A stretch of 62,895 bases of DNA, filler included, from Stramenopiles sp. TOSAG23-2 (lineage: Eukaryota), in the NCBI GenBank assembly GCA_900128395.1. It is 6 parts of 6 records of this genome, joined end to end, with 100 filler letters (N's around TTAATTAATTAA, not from the genome) between each part and the next. Parts side by side here need not be neighbours in the genome. Positions count along the whole stretch, not along the records: positions 10,522 to 20,940 come from LT650017.1; positions 21,041 to 31,458 come from LT650018.1; 4 more parts are not named here. One strand, written 5' to 3'. How positions within the stretch are numbered: the stretch's first letter is position 1; each line of letters begins with the position of its first letter. The position numbers were made by a program, and so were the translations under genes. Of this stretch, positions 11,160 to 23,405 are shown in pieces. The notes beneath the pieces are model-generated. The model did no database searches. It had not been told where the DNA came from and saw only the letters and a program-made list of their open reading frames with translations.

Positions 11160-14100
11160 ATGAAGTGTAATAATAATAATAATATGTTTCCATTATTAGT
11201 ATCATTGTTGCTGATACATTGTTTTACTAATTTACCACAAACCACATTAGCATATAAAGCAGGAACGCCATTTCAAATATTACCATGTAACGAAACAAAT
11301 CCACGACAACTTTATACTATTAAAAATGAAGGTACATTTTCACAAATTTTTATAGGACGGGGGAAAGATCCTAACAATAATGATGTTGTTGATTCTGCTG
11401 GTGGAACAGCTGGCTCATCTCCGCATATCTGGTCTCAAGATAATTCTCAAATTAATCAACACTGGTTAATTGAGAAACACTCAAATAATAATTACAAACT
11501 TATTGCAAATGGAAATACAACAGGATATGTTTGTTTAGCTGCTAGTGTAAATCTATTTGCCTCCGGGATTACACTGGTCTCGTGTAATTTAGATCAAGCA
11601 AACTGGGTATACGATGAAAATATTGGAACATTCTCAATAAATGGAAGCAATCCTAACGTAAAACAACGAATGTGCCTTGATGCTGGAACTGATATCAGTT
11701 ATTTGAATTGTCAACAACCCCCATTAAATGCGCATGCATATTGTAATCCAAATATAGGAGCAGAGGAACGAGCCAAAGATTTAGTTTCAAGGTTGGAACT
11801 TCCTGAAAAAGCAATGAATCTAAACAATCAAAATCCAGGTGTAAGACGCTTAGGTCTATTACCGTTTCAATTCTCCGAAGCTTTGCATGGAATAGTAGCA
11901 AATTGCGGTGCAACAGCAAAAAATCAACAAGATGGAAGTAATTCCACTGGCTGCGCTACATCTTTCCCACATGCACTTCTTTTAGGATCTTCATTTAATC
12001 GAACTTTATGGTCCAAAGTTGGAGAAACAATATCAACAGAAGGAAGGGCATTAAATAATCAAGGAGTTGCTGGACTTGCATTTTGGGCACCTGATATAAA
12101 TTTATTTCGTGATCCTAGATGGGGTCGTGGACAAGAAACTCCAGGGTTAGTATATTTCTCTCTTTCTTTATAAATATACAGTACATAAAACACGTTCCCT
12201 AATTTTATAACATTCTCTAACTTTTTTTCCTTTTTCTGGCACACACTTTTTTTGCAAATAAAACAACAGGGAAGATCCTTTTTTAAATGGTGAATATGTA
12301 ATGCATTGGTCACGTGGTATGCAAGAAGGTGAACAAGATAAATATACGAAGGTAGTATCTACAGGAAAACATTTTGTAGATTATGATCAAGAGGGAAATG
12401 GAGGTGTTGATCGTGGAGATTTTAATGCAATTGTGAATGATCAAGATCAAGTAGAATATTATTTTCCTGCATGGCGTGCTGCTGCTGAAGGGGCACATAT
12501 ACAAAGTGTCATGTGTTCTTACAATGCTATTAATAATGTTCCAGCATGTGGCAATGATTTGTTTATGAATGGTGTTTTGCGTGAACAATTTCAATTTGAT
12601 GGGTTCATTGTCAGTGATTGTGGAGCAATAGCAGACGCAGCGTTTACAAGATATGTTAACGAACATTTAAATGGAAGCAAAACAGAGCAAGCCAGTTTGG
12701 GAATCACTGCTGGTTGTGATTTAGATTGCGGTGGATTTTACTCATCTAATTTAGCAGATGCTGTTAATGAAGGTGTTTTAAAAGAATCTGATTTAGACCA
12801 AGCGTTGATTCGAGTGTTTAAACATTATATTATGCTTGGTGTATTGGATGATCCTTCCTTCGTTGAATATCGAGATATAACTAAATATGGCCCGATGCAA
12901 GTCGATTCTTCGGAACATCGTTCATTAGCAAAATCAGCTGCAGAGCAAGGTATGATTTTATTGAAAAATGATAATGTTGATTCTTCTTCCTCTTCTTCTT
13001 CACCACTTTTGCCATTAAATCCTTCGGATAAAATAGCATTGATCGGACCACATTTCAATGCAACAGAAGATATGATTAGCATTTATGATGGAGATGTCCG
13101 TTTAGTGCAAACACATTCCCCATATCAAATTATTTCAAAACGCATCGGAGAAAAACTCATTGGATATGCACCTGGTTGTGTTGGAAGTGATGGTGATGAT
13201 CCCGATGGATCAACAAGTTGTTTGGATACATCTGGATTTTCAGATGCTGTTAAACTTGCAAAAGAAGCTGATGTTGCAATTGTATTTGTTGGATTGACAC
13301 CAGGACAAATGAAAAATGATTCCAGTGATGCAAGGGAAGATGAAGGCTGGGACCGACATATAACAACACTGCCAGGACATCAAGAAGCACTTATTCAAGC
13401 TGTATATGCAGCAAATCCGAAAACAGTAGTTGTTTTGATACATGGGGCGCCATTGTCGATTGAGTGGACGAAAGAAAATGTTCCTTCGATTTTAGATGCA
13501 CATTATCCTGGTGAACTAGGAGGAGATGCTATTGCTTCTGCACTTTATGGTGATTATTCGCCCGCTGGAAGGTTAACAACATTAGTGTACCCAAAAGATA
13601 TTGTGAATGCTAGAAATATTTCAGACATGTGTCTCCGTTGTAAAGGTGGTATAACATATAAGTATTATACCGGAAAACCATTGTGGGAATTTGGATTTGG
13701 GTTAAGTTACACAACATTTTCGTTTGAAGTTTCAAGCCCAAAAAAGTTGATTGTATCCACGGATGCAATAGTGGAACATGATCAAGTTTATTATCAAAGT
13801 AAGGGTGAAATGAAATCACCAGCAGGATACAATGTAAAAGTTACCAACACGGGTAATGTGAATAGTGAATGTTCTGTATTAGGATTCGTGTCAAGTGATC
13901 ACAATGATGCACCTGTAAATAAAGAGTTATTTGATTTTGCAAGGGTGGGACCACTAAAACCTGGTGAATCTACCATTGTACACTTAAGTTTGCCAGCAAC
14001 TGTTTTATCAATTGTGGATAAAGATGGTGTACAATCAATATTGCCAGGCAAATACAATGTTGAATTTGGTGTTCATGGCTCCGCAGAAAGTGTACCTGCT

Positions 14101-14166
14101 ACTGCACAATTGATTTTAAATGGGAATTCAAAAGAAATATTTTCTTTCAAAAGTTTGAAACAGTAG
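11160..14166 (+). CDS. Secreted GH3 beta-xylosidase/glucosidase-like enzyme with N-terminal ricin-B-like lectin and C-terminal Fn3-like domain, two exons
   Basis: Signal peptide; lectin-like C...QxW repeats (NQHW, QANW); EALHG; WAPDINLFRDPRWGRGQETPG|EDP; KHF; VMCSYN; IVSDC (nucleophile Asp); EFGFGLSYT. The intron at 12146-12269 (GTTAGT...CTAAC...CAG) joins the two track ORFs in frame, giving ~960 aa. Confidence 0.92.
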
Positions 14167-14190
14167 CAGCTCAGTAAAATTGAATGGTCA

Positions 14191-14192
<2 letters not shown>

Positions 14193-14224
<32 letters not shown>
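14193..14224. repeat. (GA)n microsatellite
   Basis: Run of GA dinucleotides just downstream of the GH3 stop codon. Confidence 0.9.
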
Positions 14225-14228
<4 letters not shown>

Positions 14229-14557
14229 AAATAAAATGAAATTTTTACACTTACACACACTTTAATATTTCTCGTATTATATATACAATTTGTATGATAG
14301 TGTATCGAATATGTATGATATGACGTATGGCATATGCATATGATAGGATATTATTTTTTACAAAACGTTTGTTGTGTATGTTTTCGTAATAAATACGTTC
14401 GTACCATCATGTGAAAATTTTACCGAACGTATCATATTTAATAAATTACTTCCTTTTTACATATATGTGTAATATTGTGCATGTTGCACAGAGAGACAAA
14501 CTTTCAAGGTGTGAGTGATACGTGTGTACACATCATATCTTATACTTTTTTAAAATA

Positions 14558-15394
14558 TCATTTACAACATACAAAAGATCCACTCTTTTTCTTTGGTTCA
14601 ACAGGTTTTTCTTCTTCATCATCAATATCATTAGTTTGATTATTGTTCTTCTTGCTATTGTTATTACAATTATTATCACGAAAAGCATCTTTATTGTCTT
14701 CAATAGCAATAGCAATAACTTGTGGTTCGACAACTCTTGTAGACGTTGCAGTAGTAAGTTGTACTTCTGATCGTAATGTAGAATCTGTTATTAAATTATT
14801 ACTTTGACTTTCTTCAGTATAATTGTTGTTGTTGTTGCTGCTATTAATATTATTATTACTACTACTACTGTTGTCATCATTCTCATCAACAATTTCAACT
14901 TTCATACCTGCTGGTGCTTGTTCTTTTGCTTTACCGGCATTTTTCTTCTTCCTTTCTTTCGTTACAACAAGGCTATCACGTTTAACTCTCTTCTTTTTCG
15001 CTCCTGATGCCGGTATTTTTTTATCTGCTGGTATATCCATTCTTTTTTTTAACTCATCAATCCATTTTTTCATTTGTGAGTGTATTATTAAATCATCCCC
15101 AGTTGCTTTTAACCAATATGGTTCTGTATCATTTCGTACCAAGCCAAACGTATAGCGTTCACCATTTCTTAATTTTTCAATACCATGGCAATCTTTCAAA
15201 TCAATAGTTGCTTTAGGTGTCGTTGCTTTAGCATTTGTGTAATATGATAAATGTTCATCTGTTAACCGAAACCACCGTTTTTGCCATTGACCTTTTCTGT
15301 TTAATTTAAATAAATCTCCATGCATTACTTCGTGTTCCACAGCTTTACTAACATCAATTTGTCCAACATCTTTTTTGATTAATGAATGCGACAT
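14558..15394 (-). CDS. PH-domain protein with basic and di-Cys C-terminus
   Basis: PH signature HGDLFKLNRKGQWQKRWFRL...LSYY...IDL...WLKA...KWIDEL; ends in KKKSGSFVCCK. Confidence 0.85.
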   Translation of the reverse strand: MSHSLIKKDVGQIDVSKAVEHEVMHGDLFKLNRKGQWQKRWFRLTDEHLSYYTNAKATTPKATIDLKDCHGIEKLRNGERYTFGLVRNDTEPYWLKATGDDLIIHSQMKKWIDELKKRMDIPADKKIPASGAKKKRVKRDSLVVTKERKKKNAGKAKEQAPAGMKVEIVDENDDNSSSSNNNINSSNNNNNYTEESQSNNLITDSTLRSEVQLTTATSTRVVEPQVIAIAIEDNKDAFRDNNCNNNSKKNNNQTNDIDDEEEKPVEPKKKSGSFVCCK

Positions 15395-16392
15395 GGATAT
15401 ATATATATATATATTTCAAATGTATTTTATAAGACTGAGATGATCAAAGAAATCACTTTTGTGACGAATGAAACTTTTATCACACACACACACACACAAT
15501 TCAATCTACTATTTATGTATTTCTATTTATTCATCATCAAATTAATTTTTTTGTTGTCCATTTTTTAAACACCATACTAGGTATCAAAAAGGACCATAAT
15601 TTAAATTATTATACTTGAAAGTGGAAATTAGAATATAAAAAAAAAATTACTAAATTCTCATCGATTTCTTAAACTGTAGTACTATTAGAACTATACTACG
15701 AGTATACTATATTATTTATATATTATTTATTAATATATAAATAATCACTGTAATAATAATATGGGAATGACTCATAATTTATTATTATGCTATATAGCTT
15801 GAAAGCTGCCTGGAAAGCTTTTGTGAAAAAAGGAAATTAGAAAACAACTCTTCCTCGATTTCTTGATTTCAACTTTAACTTATATCAAATGACACATAAT
15901 TTATACTTGAGAGGGAAATTAGAATATCAGAAAATCATAGTTTTACCTATCAAACTAGATTATTTGCTCGATTATTTTTTAATGGAATTGCGAACTTTTA
16001 AACTTACTAATTGAAAAGATTTTTTTGATGTAGAAGCAATGTCAATCATATCATAGATACGAGAAATATTTTTTTTTTGTAATATAATATATGTTAATTA
16101 TGTACCGATATATAGGAAAGAAGAAAATATTAATGAATAAAAATGTTTCTACGAAATCTAAGGAAATATATTATTGGTAGTGTAACCACTGGAGCTGCTG
16201 CTGCTGGTATAACAACATATTGTTATTCTTTTGATGAATTTAAATAATAAATGAATGAATGAATAAATGATATATGATATACTTACTATAAACGTATAAG
16301 AAAATATATATAGTATATATATACAAACAACCAGAACATATCCTCTCTTCATATCATTCATCAAAAAGTAAACAGCAGTATACAAACAAAAC

Positions 16393-17886
16393 ATGGGGGC
16401 AATTATATCTAAAATGTACCATGCAGTTTTTAATAAAACAACACTTGGTATCTTTACAGCTGTTGCAATTGCTATATATTATTGGTTGAAAAGTAAAAAA
16501 AATATGCCATTTAAACTACCCAGCAATGCGAAAGAAATTACATTGGAATTTTTACAAAAACATTACAGTAAAAACATTAAATCGTTTAAAATCTCTCCAT
16601 TAACAGCAGAAGTTCGTGAAGGTGTAGAAAGAGAAGATGGTGGTGGCATATCTGGCGCATCTTTAGCAAAAATAGCTTTTGAATCTGATGATACAAGTAT
16701 TCCAAAAAATGCTATTGTAAAAATTAACGATATTGATTCGCTTAAAAGTGATAATTTCATAGCTAGATTTCTCGGTGTTATGTGGGGTATCGATCTTAAT
16801 ATTTTCAATGCTACAGAAGTTTTGGTCTTTGACCAGGCAAGAAAAGCATATGATGATGCCAAAGTCCGTATACCTGCAACTTATTTGACATTGTCCTCTC
16901 ACAATCTTCAACAAGTGCCTCGAAATAATCCACTTTTATTTTTATTATTTGATTTTCGTTCATCCTTTCGAACTTTTATTATCATTGAAGATGTATCTAC
17001 AACACATAAAAGTTGGCCTCAAGGGGTTGGTCTAGATAAATCAAAAGTTACTGCGGCATTTGAAAATATTGCCCGATTACATGCCTTAAATTATGAAAAA
17101 TTTGCTGAAAAAGAGGAATTGAAATTATTACCAAAAACAAATGTATGGTATGAAAATGTAATGATTGGTGCTAATGCACGGAATTTTCTCAATAAATCAA
17201 TGATGAATATACATAAAGATGAAGCTATTAACAAAACATTGGATAATTGGACTAATGAAGCAAGTAAGGAAATATTGACAAAAGTAAATTTACCGCAAAT
17301 ATGCCAAGATCAAGTTGTAAAAGATGCAATGATGGCATTGCGTAAATTATGTGCACAAGATGGTTTCTATGAGATGTGTTTAAATCAATTAGAACCACAA
17401 ACACTATTACATGGTGATTTTCACGGGTGGAATCATATCTTTCCAAGAGATGAAAGTAAAGACATTGATAAAGATGATGTTGTATTGGTAGATTTCCAAA
17501 TCACTTCGTATGGTCGTATTGCATGGGAATTAGTATATTTCTTAAATTTTAGTGTTGATTATATTAGTTTTGAAGATGATTTACAATATTTTGATAAATA
17601 TTATTCGATATTTGAATCATATGTATATGATAATCCAAAAGTAAAAAATTATACAAAAGAAATGTTTTATCGTGAAATATATTTAACACAAGTTATATGT
17701 GCTATTAAATGGTTATGTCTAGCTACAGCAGATAATGTAGGGCCAAAATATTGGAGCAAACTTTACAATAAAGATGAAAAAGGCCAAGGAGGAACGTTTG
17801 CGGGCTTGAGATATTTTAATCGAATTATTTTGCGTTTAAAAGGTTTATATGAGAATAAAATGTTGGATATCAATAAATTGAAATAG
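16393..17886 (+). CDS. APH/choline-kinase-like (EcKL-type) phosphotransferase with N-terminal membrane anchor
   Basis: IIIEDV, IARLHA, Brenner motif TLLHGDFHGWN and VLVDFQ...G...ELVYFL. Starts MG with a hydrophobic helix at aa 17-32. Confidence 0.8.
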   Translation: MGAIISKMYHAVFNKTTLGIFTAVAIAIYYWLKSKKNMPFKLPSNAKEITLEFLQKHYSKNIKSFKISPLTAEVREGVEREDGGGISGASLAKIAFESDDTSIPKNAIVKINDIDSLKSDNFIARFLGVMWGIDLNIFNATEVLVFDQARKAYDDAKVRIPATYLTLSSHNLQQVPRNNPLLFLLFDFRSSFRTFIIIEDVSTTHKSWPQGVGLDKSKVTAAFENIARLHALNYEKFAEKEELKLLPKTNVWYENVMIGANARNFLNKSMMNIHKDEAINKTLDNWTNEASKEILTKVNLPQICQDQVVKDAMMALRKLCAQDGFYEMCLNQLEPQTLLHGDFHGWNHIFPRDESKDIDKDDVVLVDFQITSYGRIAWELVYFLNFSVDYISFEDDLQYFDKYYSIFESYVYDNPKVKNYTKEMFYREIYLTQVICAIKWLCLATADNVGPKYWSKLYNKDEKGQGGTFAGLRYFNRIILRLKGLYENKMLDINKLK

Positions 17887-18061
17887 GAAAATATACGTAC
17901 ATATGATATGTGAGATACAAAAAGGTAAAAAAATATGTGCGTGTGTGAATTAGAAAACACTTTTTACTCTTCTCTCTTTAATACACATACAGGGTAAAAT
18001 GTTTTTTATTCTTTCGTAATATTTTTCTAACACATATATATTAATATGATAACATGTTCTT

Positions 18062-19777
18062 CTATTTCTGAAACAACTCCTCTGGTACATTTAATCTATA
18101 AAAATGATGTCTACATTCTTCATCATGACAATGTTGAAATACAGTTTTTGAATTCATATTAATTTTCAACCATATATGATTGGATTTATGTGTACGTTTC
18201 GCTATTCTACATTTTTTCGTTCGAGTAGCAAGTATATAAGAATAATTCTCATTATTATTACTATGCATACTACTAATACTATTTGATATTGTTACATTTG
18301 TATCATTATTCATCATATTCTCATTATTATTAGGATTATTACTTGTGGCATTAGTATTATTAGTATTATTATTATTATTATTCAATAATACACGTATAGA
18401 ATCAATTGTTATGGATATATTTTCAACATGAATTAAATAATCAACAATTTCAGATATTTCATTTGGAATTTGTCCAATTGTTTTGGTAGTAATATTAGAA
18501 GAATTATTCTGATATATATTATTATTATTACTTCCACCATTATTACCATTGTTTTTGTTATTAATATTTCTTTTATTAAATTCTAAATAACCAAGGGATG
18601 ATGGTGTTTCATTTATTGTATATGATATTAATGAATCAAAAAACAATTGTATTTCACCACTTTTCGACATTATATCTACAGGAAATTTGTTTTGTTTTGA
18701 TGGCAATAATATAATATCTTTTTTAAATTTACTACTATATACAAGTCGAAATGCACGGTTTTTGGTATAAACTGCTAAATCAGCAAAGAAACACATTTCA
18801 CCTTCTTTTTTACCATGAACCCACAAATCAGATCCATATAGATGATTGTTATTGTTATTATTATTATTATTATTAGACAAAGACAATATGTGTTCCTTCT
18901 TTTTCTCCTCGTCTTTCTTCATCCGACGACTATTATCATTTATATTATTATTATTCGGTACTACTACTAAAGCTTTACAATCATTTGCAATAGTTGTTAC
19001 AAAATTTCCAACATGTATATTGTTCAAAAACAATTGATTTTCCGGCAAATGTACAATAATATGATGTGAACATTTACTATCAGTTGATGAATCTAAATCT
19101 AAAAAGTTTTCTAATGATACCATAATACCAAAATATGATTGCAATGCAGTTGCGACATATCGTATGAATAAATCAACCATTTGATTCCCATCAATTAATG
19201 GATTAAATTCTTTATAAAATTCACAATCAAAATATAAACGACATGGTGAATGTTGACGTATAATTTCATAATAATGACGTTGACGTGGTGGAATATTTAA
19301 ATATGCATTGAAAAATGTATCAATAGAACAAGAAAGAAATGTACGTTTACCAGTACTAGCTAGTTCTTGTGAAAATATTCGATGTACAAATTTATTTGGA
19401 TTGACATTTTGTTTATCTTCTTCTTCTTCCTCTGAATCTACTTCTGAATCTTGATTTTTTATTGGTGTTATTACTATCTTTTTCTTCTTCTTATTATTTT
19501 CTATATATTTTTCATTAAAACAATCCATTGCATCAAATGCAAATTGTTGTTTTGGATATGCTTTTGGCATTTTAATAGCCAATGAAGGCGATAACGAGCT
19601 TTTCTTAGATATTTTACGTAATTTATTTTTTAATTTTAAAAATTCTTTAGTAATTTTTCTTTTATTGTTTACAGTATTTGAATTGGTATTATTATTATTA
19701 TTTATGGTTGTAGATGTTGATGAAGAGGAGGATGATGGAACAATTGGTGCATAAAATTTCTTTGCATTGATTTCCAT
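18062..19777 (-). CDS. PRIMPOL: DNA-directed primase/polymerase PrimPol
   Basis: YYEII...CRLYFDCE (DxE), SHH (SxH), DLAVYTKNRAFRL, and a C-terminal Zn finger C...HKSNH...CHDEEC. Confidence 0.92.
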   Translation of the reverse strand: MEINAKKFYAPIVPSSSSSSTSTTINNNNNTNSNTVNNKRKITKEFLKLKNKLRKISKKSSLSPSLAIKMPKAYPKQQFAFDAMDCFNEKYIENNKKKKKIVITPIKNQDSEVDSEEEEEDKQNVNPNKFVHRIFSQELASTGKRTFLSCSIDTFFNAYLNIPPRQRHYYEIIRQHSPCRLYFDCEFYKEFNPLIDGNQMVDLFIRYVATALQSYFGIMVSLENFLDLDSSTDSKCSHHIIVHLPENQLFLNNIHVGNFVTTIANDCKALVVVPNNNNINDNSRRMKKDEEKKKEHILSLSNNNNNNNNNNHLYGSDLWVHGKKEGEMCFFADLAVYTKNRAFRLVYSSKFKKDIILLPSKQNKFPVDIMSKSGEIQLFFDSLISYTINETPSSLGYLEFNKRNINNKNNGNNGGSNNNNIYQNNSSNITTKTIGQIPNEISEIVDYLIHVENISITIDSIRVLLNNNNNNTNNTNATSNNPNNNENMMNNDTNVTISNSISSMHSNNNENYSYILATRTKKCRIAKRTHKSNHIWLKINMNSKTVFQHCHDEECRHHFYRLNVPEELFQK

Positions 19778-20072
19778 GTTTAGTACTATTGTCTTTTTTT
19801 GTTTTATTACTTTCGATTATTGTTATATATATATCTATACATACTATACATGCAGTTGTTTGTAATATGTATATGTATATACCATCTATCTACATTTCTA
19901 TTTCTTTTAAATGGAACAATTTTTTGAATTCAAACGAGTGTTTGTTTTTATGCGAGTCTTATTATTGAAATTATAGTCCTACCAATATCTATTATATTAA
20001 TAATAATTACATGTAAGATTATACTATAAGAAAATAGAACATAAAATTTGGAATCTAGGAAAATTCAAAAAG

Positions 20073-20940
20073 ATGGAAGATGTAAATAATAATAAAGTGA
20101 GGTTACGCCAAATAGCATTAGTAGCAAAAGATTTAAATAAAACAATTAATCAATTATGTACTACCTTGGATGCACCATTAGTGGAAACTGATCCAGGGGT
20201 TGGCTCATTTGGTTTGCATAATGGCTTAATACAAGTCGGTGATTGTTTCATTGAAGTGGTAGCGCCATTACCAGAGAAGTCAGATCCATTGAATCAAACA
20301 GCAGGTGGTAGATATATCAATCGATTTGGTGATGGTGGATATATGGTATTGATGCAAGTTCCAGATTTGTTAAAATGTGAAGAAACGTTAGTTAGTGAAT
20401 ATGATTTTAAACCAATTCATATTGGTGGTCGCACGTTTGGAAATTTCAAACATCCATATCCAAGAACACCACAACGTACTCCTGGAAAAGATCCAGTCCC
20501 AAATAATGCTGCAATATCTGGTACACATTTCCATCCAAAAGATATGGGCTGTATTATAGAAGTTACGGAGCAACATCCATCAGAAGAATGGTTATGGGCA
20601 GGTGCTAATTGGATTAAAGAATTTGGACAATATGGGACGAGTAAATTTAGTGGTGGTTTAGCTGGTTGTACAATCGCTGTAAATAATCCAGAAGAAATGT
20701 GTAAACGATGGGAAGCTGGTATGTCGTTGAAACAAAACAATAATATTGTAATTGGAAGACGTTTAACTTATGAAGTAGTCACGGATGATGGTGCTATTAT
20801 AAAATTTCGTAAACCTTTAAATAAGATTGAAGATGGAGTAGTTGCAATTGACATATTTGCAAGGGATCCAAAAATGGTGGGTACATCTACTGTTGTAGCG
20901 AATGTCATATTTAATTTTGTTGCGCCACCTGCAATAATTG
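20073..20940 (+). CDS. VOC/glyoxalase-like protein, 3'-truncated at contig end
   Basis: RLRQIALVA, DPGVGSFGLHN, FIEVVAP, AGGRYI..GDGGYMVLMQ, HFHPKD and WLWAG. No stop codon before the spacer. Confidence 0.75.
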
Positions 20941-21040
20941 NNNNNNNNNNNNNNNNNNNNNNNNNNNNNNNNNNNNNNNNNNNNTTAATTAATTAANNNN
21001 NNNNNNNNNNNNNNNNNNNNNNNNNNNNNNNNNNNNNNNN
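20941..21040. other. Artificial contig spacer
   Basis: 44N-TTAATTAATTAA-44N. Confidence 0.98.
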
Positions 21041-21041
21041 A

Positions 21042-21569
21042 ACGACTAATAATAATACGAATCAAGTTGGTAATAATATTCTTTCGTCTGGTGGTGGTGG
21101 TGGTGGTAGTGGTAGTTCAAACAATACAACAATAACAAATACGAATTCAAAACAAAATAATAAAAATACAACTGGACGTAAACGTAAAAATAATAATAAT
21201 AATTCATCAAATAGAGGGAATAATCAATCAAACAAACGAAATAAAATGAAGAAAGGGAAAGATGGTAAAGGTGGACATGATAAGAAAGATCATGGTGGTG
21301 GTGGTGGTGGTGGTAAGAAGCCACTTAGTTATAGTTCAGCTGCAGATGCTGCATATCATACCATGGATCGTAAAAAGACAAAGAAGATTGATTATGAAGC
21401 AATGCAATCGTTGTTTCAACAAGATGATATTCCATCCTCAACAAGTAATAATACATCATCGTCAGGTTTGAATGATACTGCAAATGGTGGTGGTGGTGGT
21501 GGTGATGGTAATAATAAATCCTCTCGACGAACAAGAGGAGGAGGAAGAAGACGCAGTACTGATTTGTAA
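21042..21569 (+). CDS. 5'-truncated gene; C-terminus resembles the Brf1 (TFIIIB) TBP-binding region
   Basis: The frame is open from the contig edge (21042) to TAA at 21569. SSAADAAYHTMDRKKTKKIDYEAMQSLF resembles the Brf1 A.EA...ML.KK..SKINY..L..LF motif. The rest is low complexity. Confidence 0.5.
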   Translation, partial: TTNNNTNQVGNNILSSGGGGGGSGSSNNTTITNTNSKQNNKNTTGRKRKNNNNNSSNRGNNQSNKRNKMKKGKDGKGGHDKKDHGGGGGGGKKPLSYSSAADAAYHTMDRKKTKKIDYEAMQSLFQQDDIPSSTSNNTSSSGLNDTANGGGGGGDGNNKSSRRTRGGGRRRSTDL

Positions 21570-21855
21570 ATGACTGCAAGTTGGATGGTTCAATTACTAT
21601 TGACTGGAAGTTGGAAGGTTGAATGACTGTGTGGAGTGGGGAGATACGAGATTCACGACGAAAAGGAGAAGATTTTTTTATATGTGTGACATGTCGGACT
21701 CTCTGGACTCTCTCTGGGCATGTCGAGAAAGGGAGAAAGTGAGAAGTGAGAAGGTCGAGAGGTGATTGTTACAAAAAAAATAAATATTTTAATTTAATTA
21801 TTATTTTCTCTCAATTTAGTTTTTTTATACATGTTTTACATTGATGTACGCTCGT

Positions 21856-22419
21856 TCACTCTTCCTTCTCCTCCTCCTCATCATCATGTAATTTTTCATT
21901 GATTGCTTGATCAACAACAAAATAATTCCATTTACTTGTTGTTGCGTTTTGTAATATGACATTATCATCATCATCGTTATTGCTTTTTAAAGATAGTTGA
22001 TCCTCTCGTAATAATAAATTATATTCATGATTTAATGTTGTAAAATGTTCATTATTATTATTATTATCATGATGTTGTTGTATTTCCAAATTATTATCAA
22101 TAGTCGATGCAAAATTTAATATTTTATTTAAACGTATTTTATAGATCTCTTTTTCATCCTCTGTTATTTCTATCTGTGATAAATTTGCCAAGCGATTTAA
22201 TTCAGTATCATTGATAGTAGTAGTACTAGTGGCAGTGGTAGTAGTAGTAGTAGTATTTACATTATTATCAATTAACGTTTCTTTAATGGACCATGTTGGT
22301 TTTGATAATATTTTTTTAACATGATGATGATTATTATTTTTTTTCGTACTTTTATATTTCTGTTGTAACTTTCTTAATTGTAGCAATGGTTGGTATTTTT
22401 TAATATAAATTTTGATCAT
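21856..22419 (-). CDS. gatC: Glu-tRNA(Gln) amidotransferase subunit C (GatC/GatF-like), probably mitochondrial
   Basis: PTWSI, LNRLANLSQIEI...LNKILNF, LRED and ILQNA...YFVV; basic N-terminus. Confidence 0.7.
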   Translation of the reverse strand: MIKIYIKKYQPLLQLRKLQQKYKSTKKNNNHHHVKKILSKPTWSIKETLIDNNVNTTTTTTTATSTTTINDTELNRLANLSQIEITEDEKEIYKIRLNKILNFASTIDNNLEIQQHHDNNNNNEHFTTLNHEYNLLLREDQLSLKSNNDDDDNVILQNATTSKWNYFVVDQAINEKLHDDEEEEKEE

Positions 22420-22550
22420 TTTATTGCTTTCACATTTGTTTTACATCACTTTGTTGTCGTCCATCATCCATTTTTTACCTTTTTTCCACTTGTTTTCGTT
22501 GATTTTGTGTTGAAAATTCTATGTTTTTTGATGAGATAGATGAGATATTC

Positions 22551-23405
22551 GTAGTAGTCTAAGATCCGGCTTAAGTATAAATATGGGTCAGAAATCAGAA
22601 ATGTCTACATATTTTATTACATTATTATACGTGTTATTTTGTTATTTTTATGTTCAGGTTGATAGGCGTTGTTTTATTAATTTTTTAAGCGATTAGCGAT
22701 TAGGGATTAGTAGTAGTCTAATATCCGGCTTAAGTATAAATATGGGTCAGAAATCAGAAATGTCTACATATTTTATTACATTATTATACGTGTTATTTTG
22801 TTATTTTTATGTTCAGGTTGATAGGCGTTGTTTTATTAATTTTTTAAGCGATTAGCGATTAGGGATTAGTAGTAGTCTAATATCCGGCTTAAGTATAAAT
22901 ATGGGTCAAGAAATGTCTATACATATTCTATTACATTATTATACGTGTTATTTGCACATTTTATGTTCAAATTCAGTCGGAGTTTGGATAGAATTGCACA
23001 TTTAGTCATTAATCACGATTGCTCACTGGCAAAATTGGATCGTAGGCCATCCTGTGTCCATGGTAGATATATGCTAGCATAGTAGTACGCTTAAAACAAA
23101 TAGCATATGTTATTTTGTTATTTTTATGTTCAGGTTGATAGGCGTTGTTTTATTAATTTTTTAAGCGATTAGCGATTAGGGATTAGTAGTAGTCTAATAT
23201 CCGGCTTAAGTATAAATATGGGTCAAGAAATGTCTATACATATTCTATTACATTATTATACGTGTTATTTTATGTTCAAATAATTCAGTCGGAGTTTGGA
23301 TAGAATTGCACATTTAGTCATTATATCACGATTGCTCACTGGCAAAATTGGATCGTAGGCCATCCTGTATGCTAGCATAGTAGTACGCTTAAAACAAATA
23401 GCATA
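22551..23405. repeat. 159-bp tandem repeat region with variant, interleaved copies
   Basis: GTAGTAGTCTAA.ATCCGGCTTAAG starts at 22551, 22710, 22869 and 23186. Most units end in GCGATTAGCGATTAGGGATTAG. May be partly inflated by haplotype concatenation. Confidence 0.85.
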
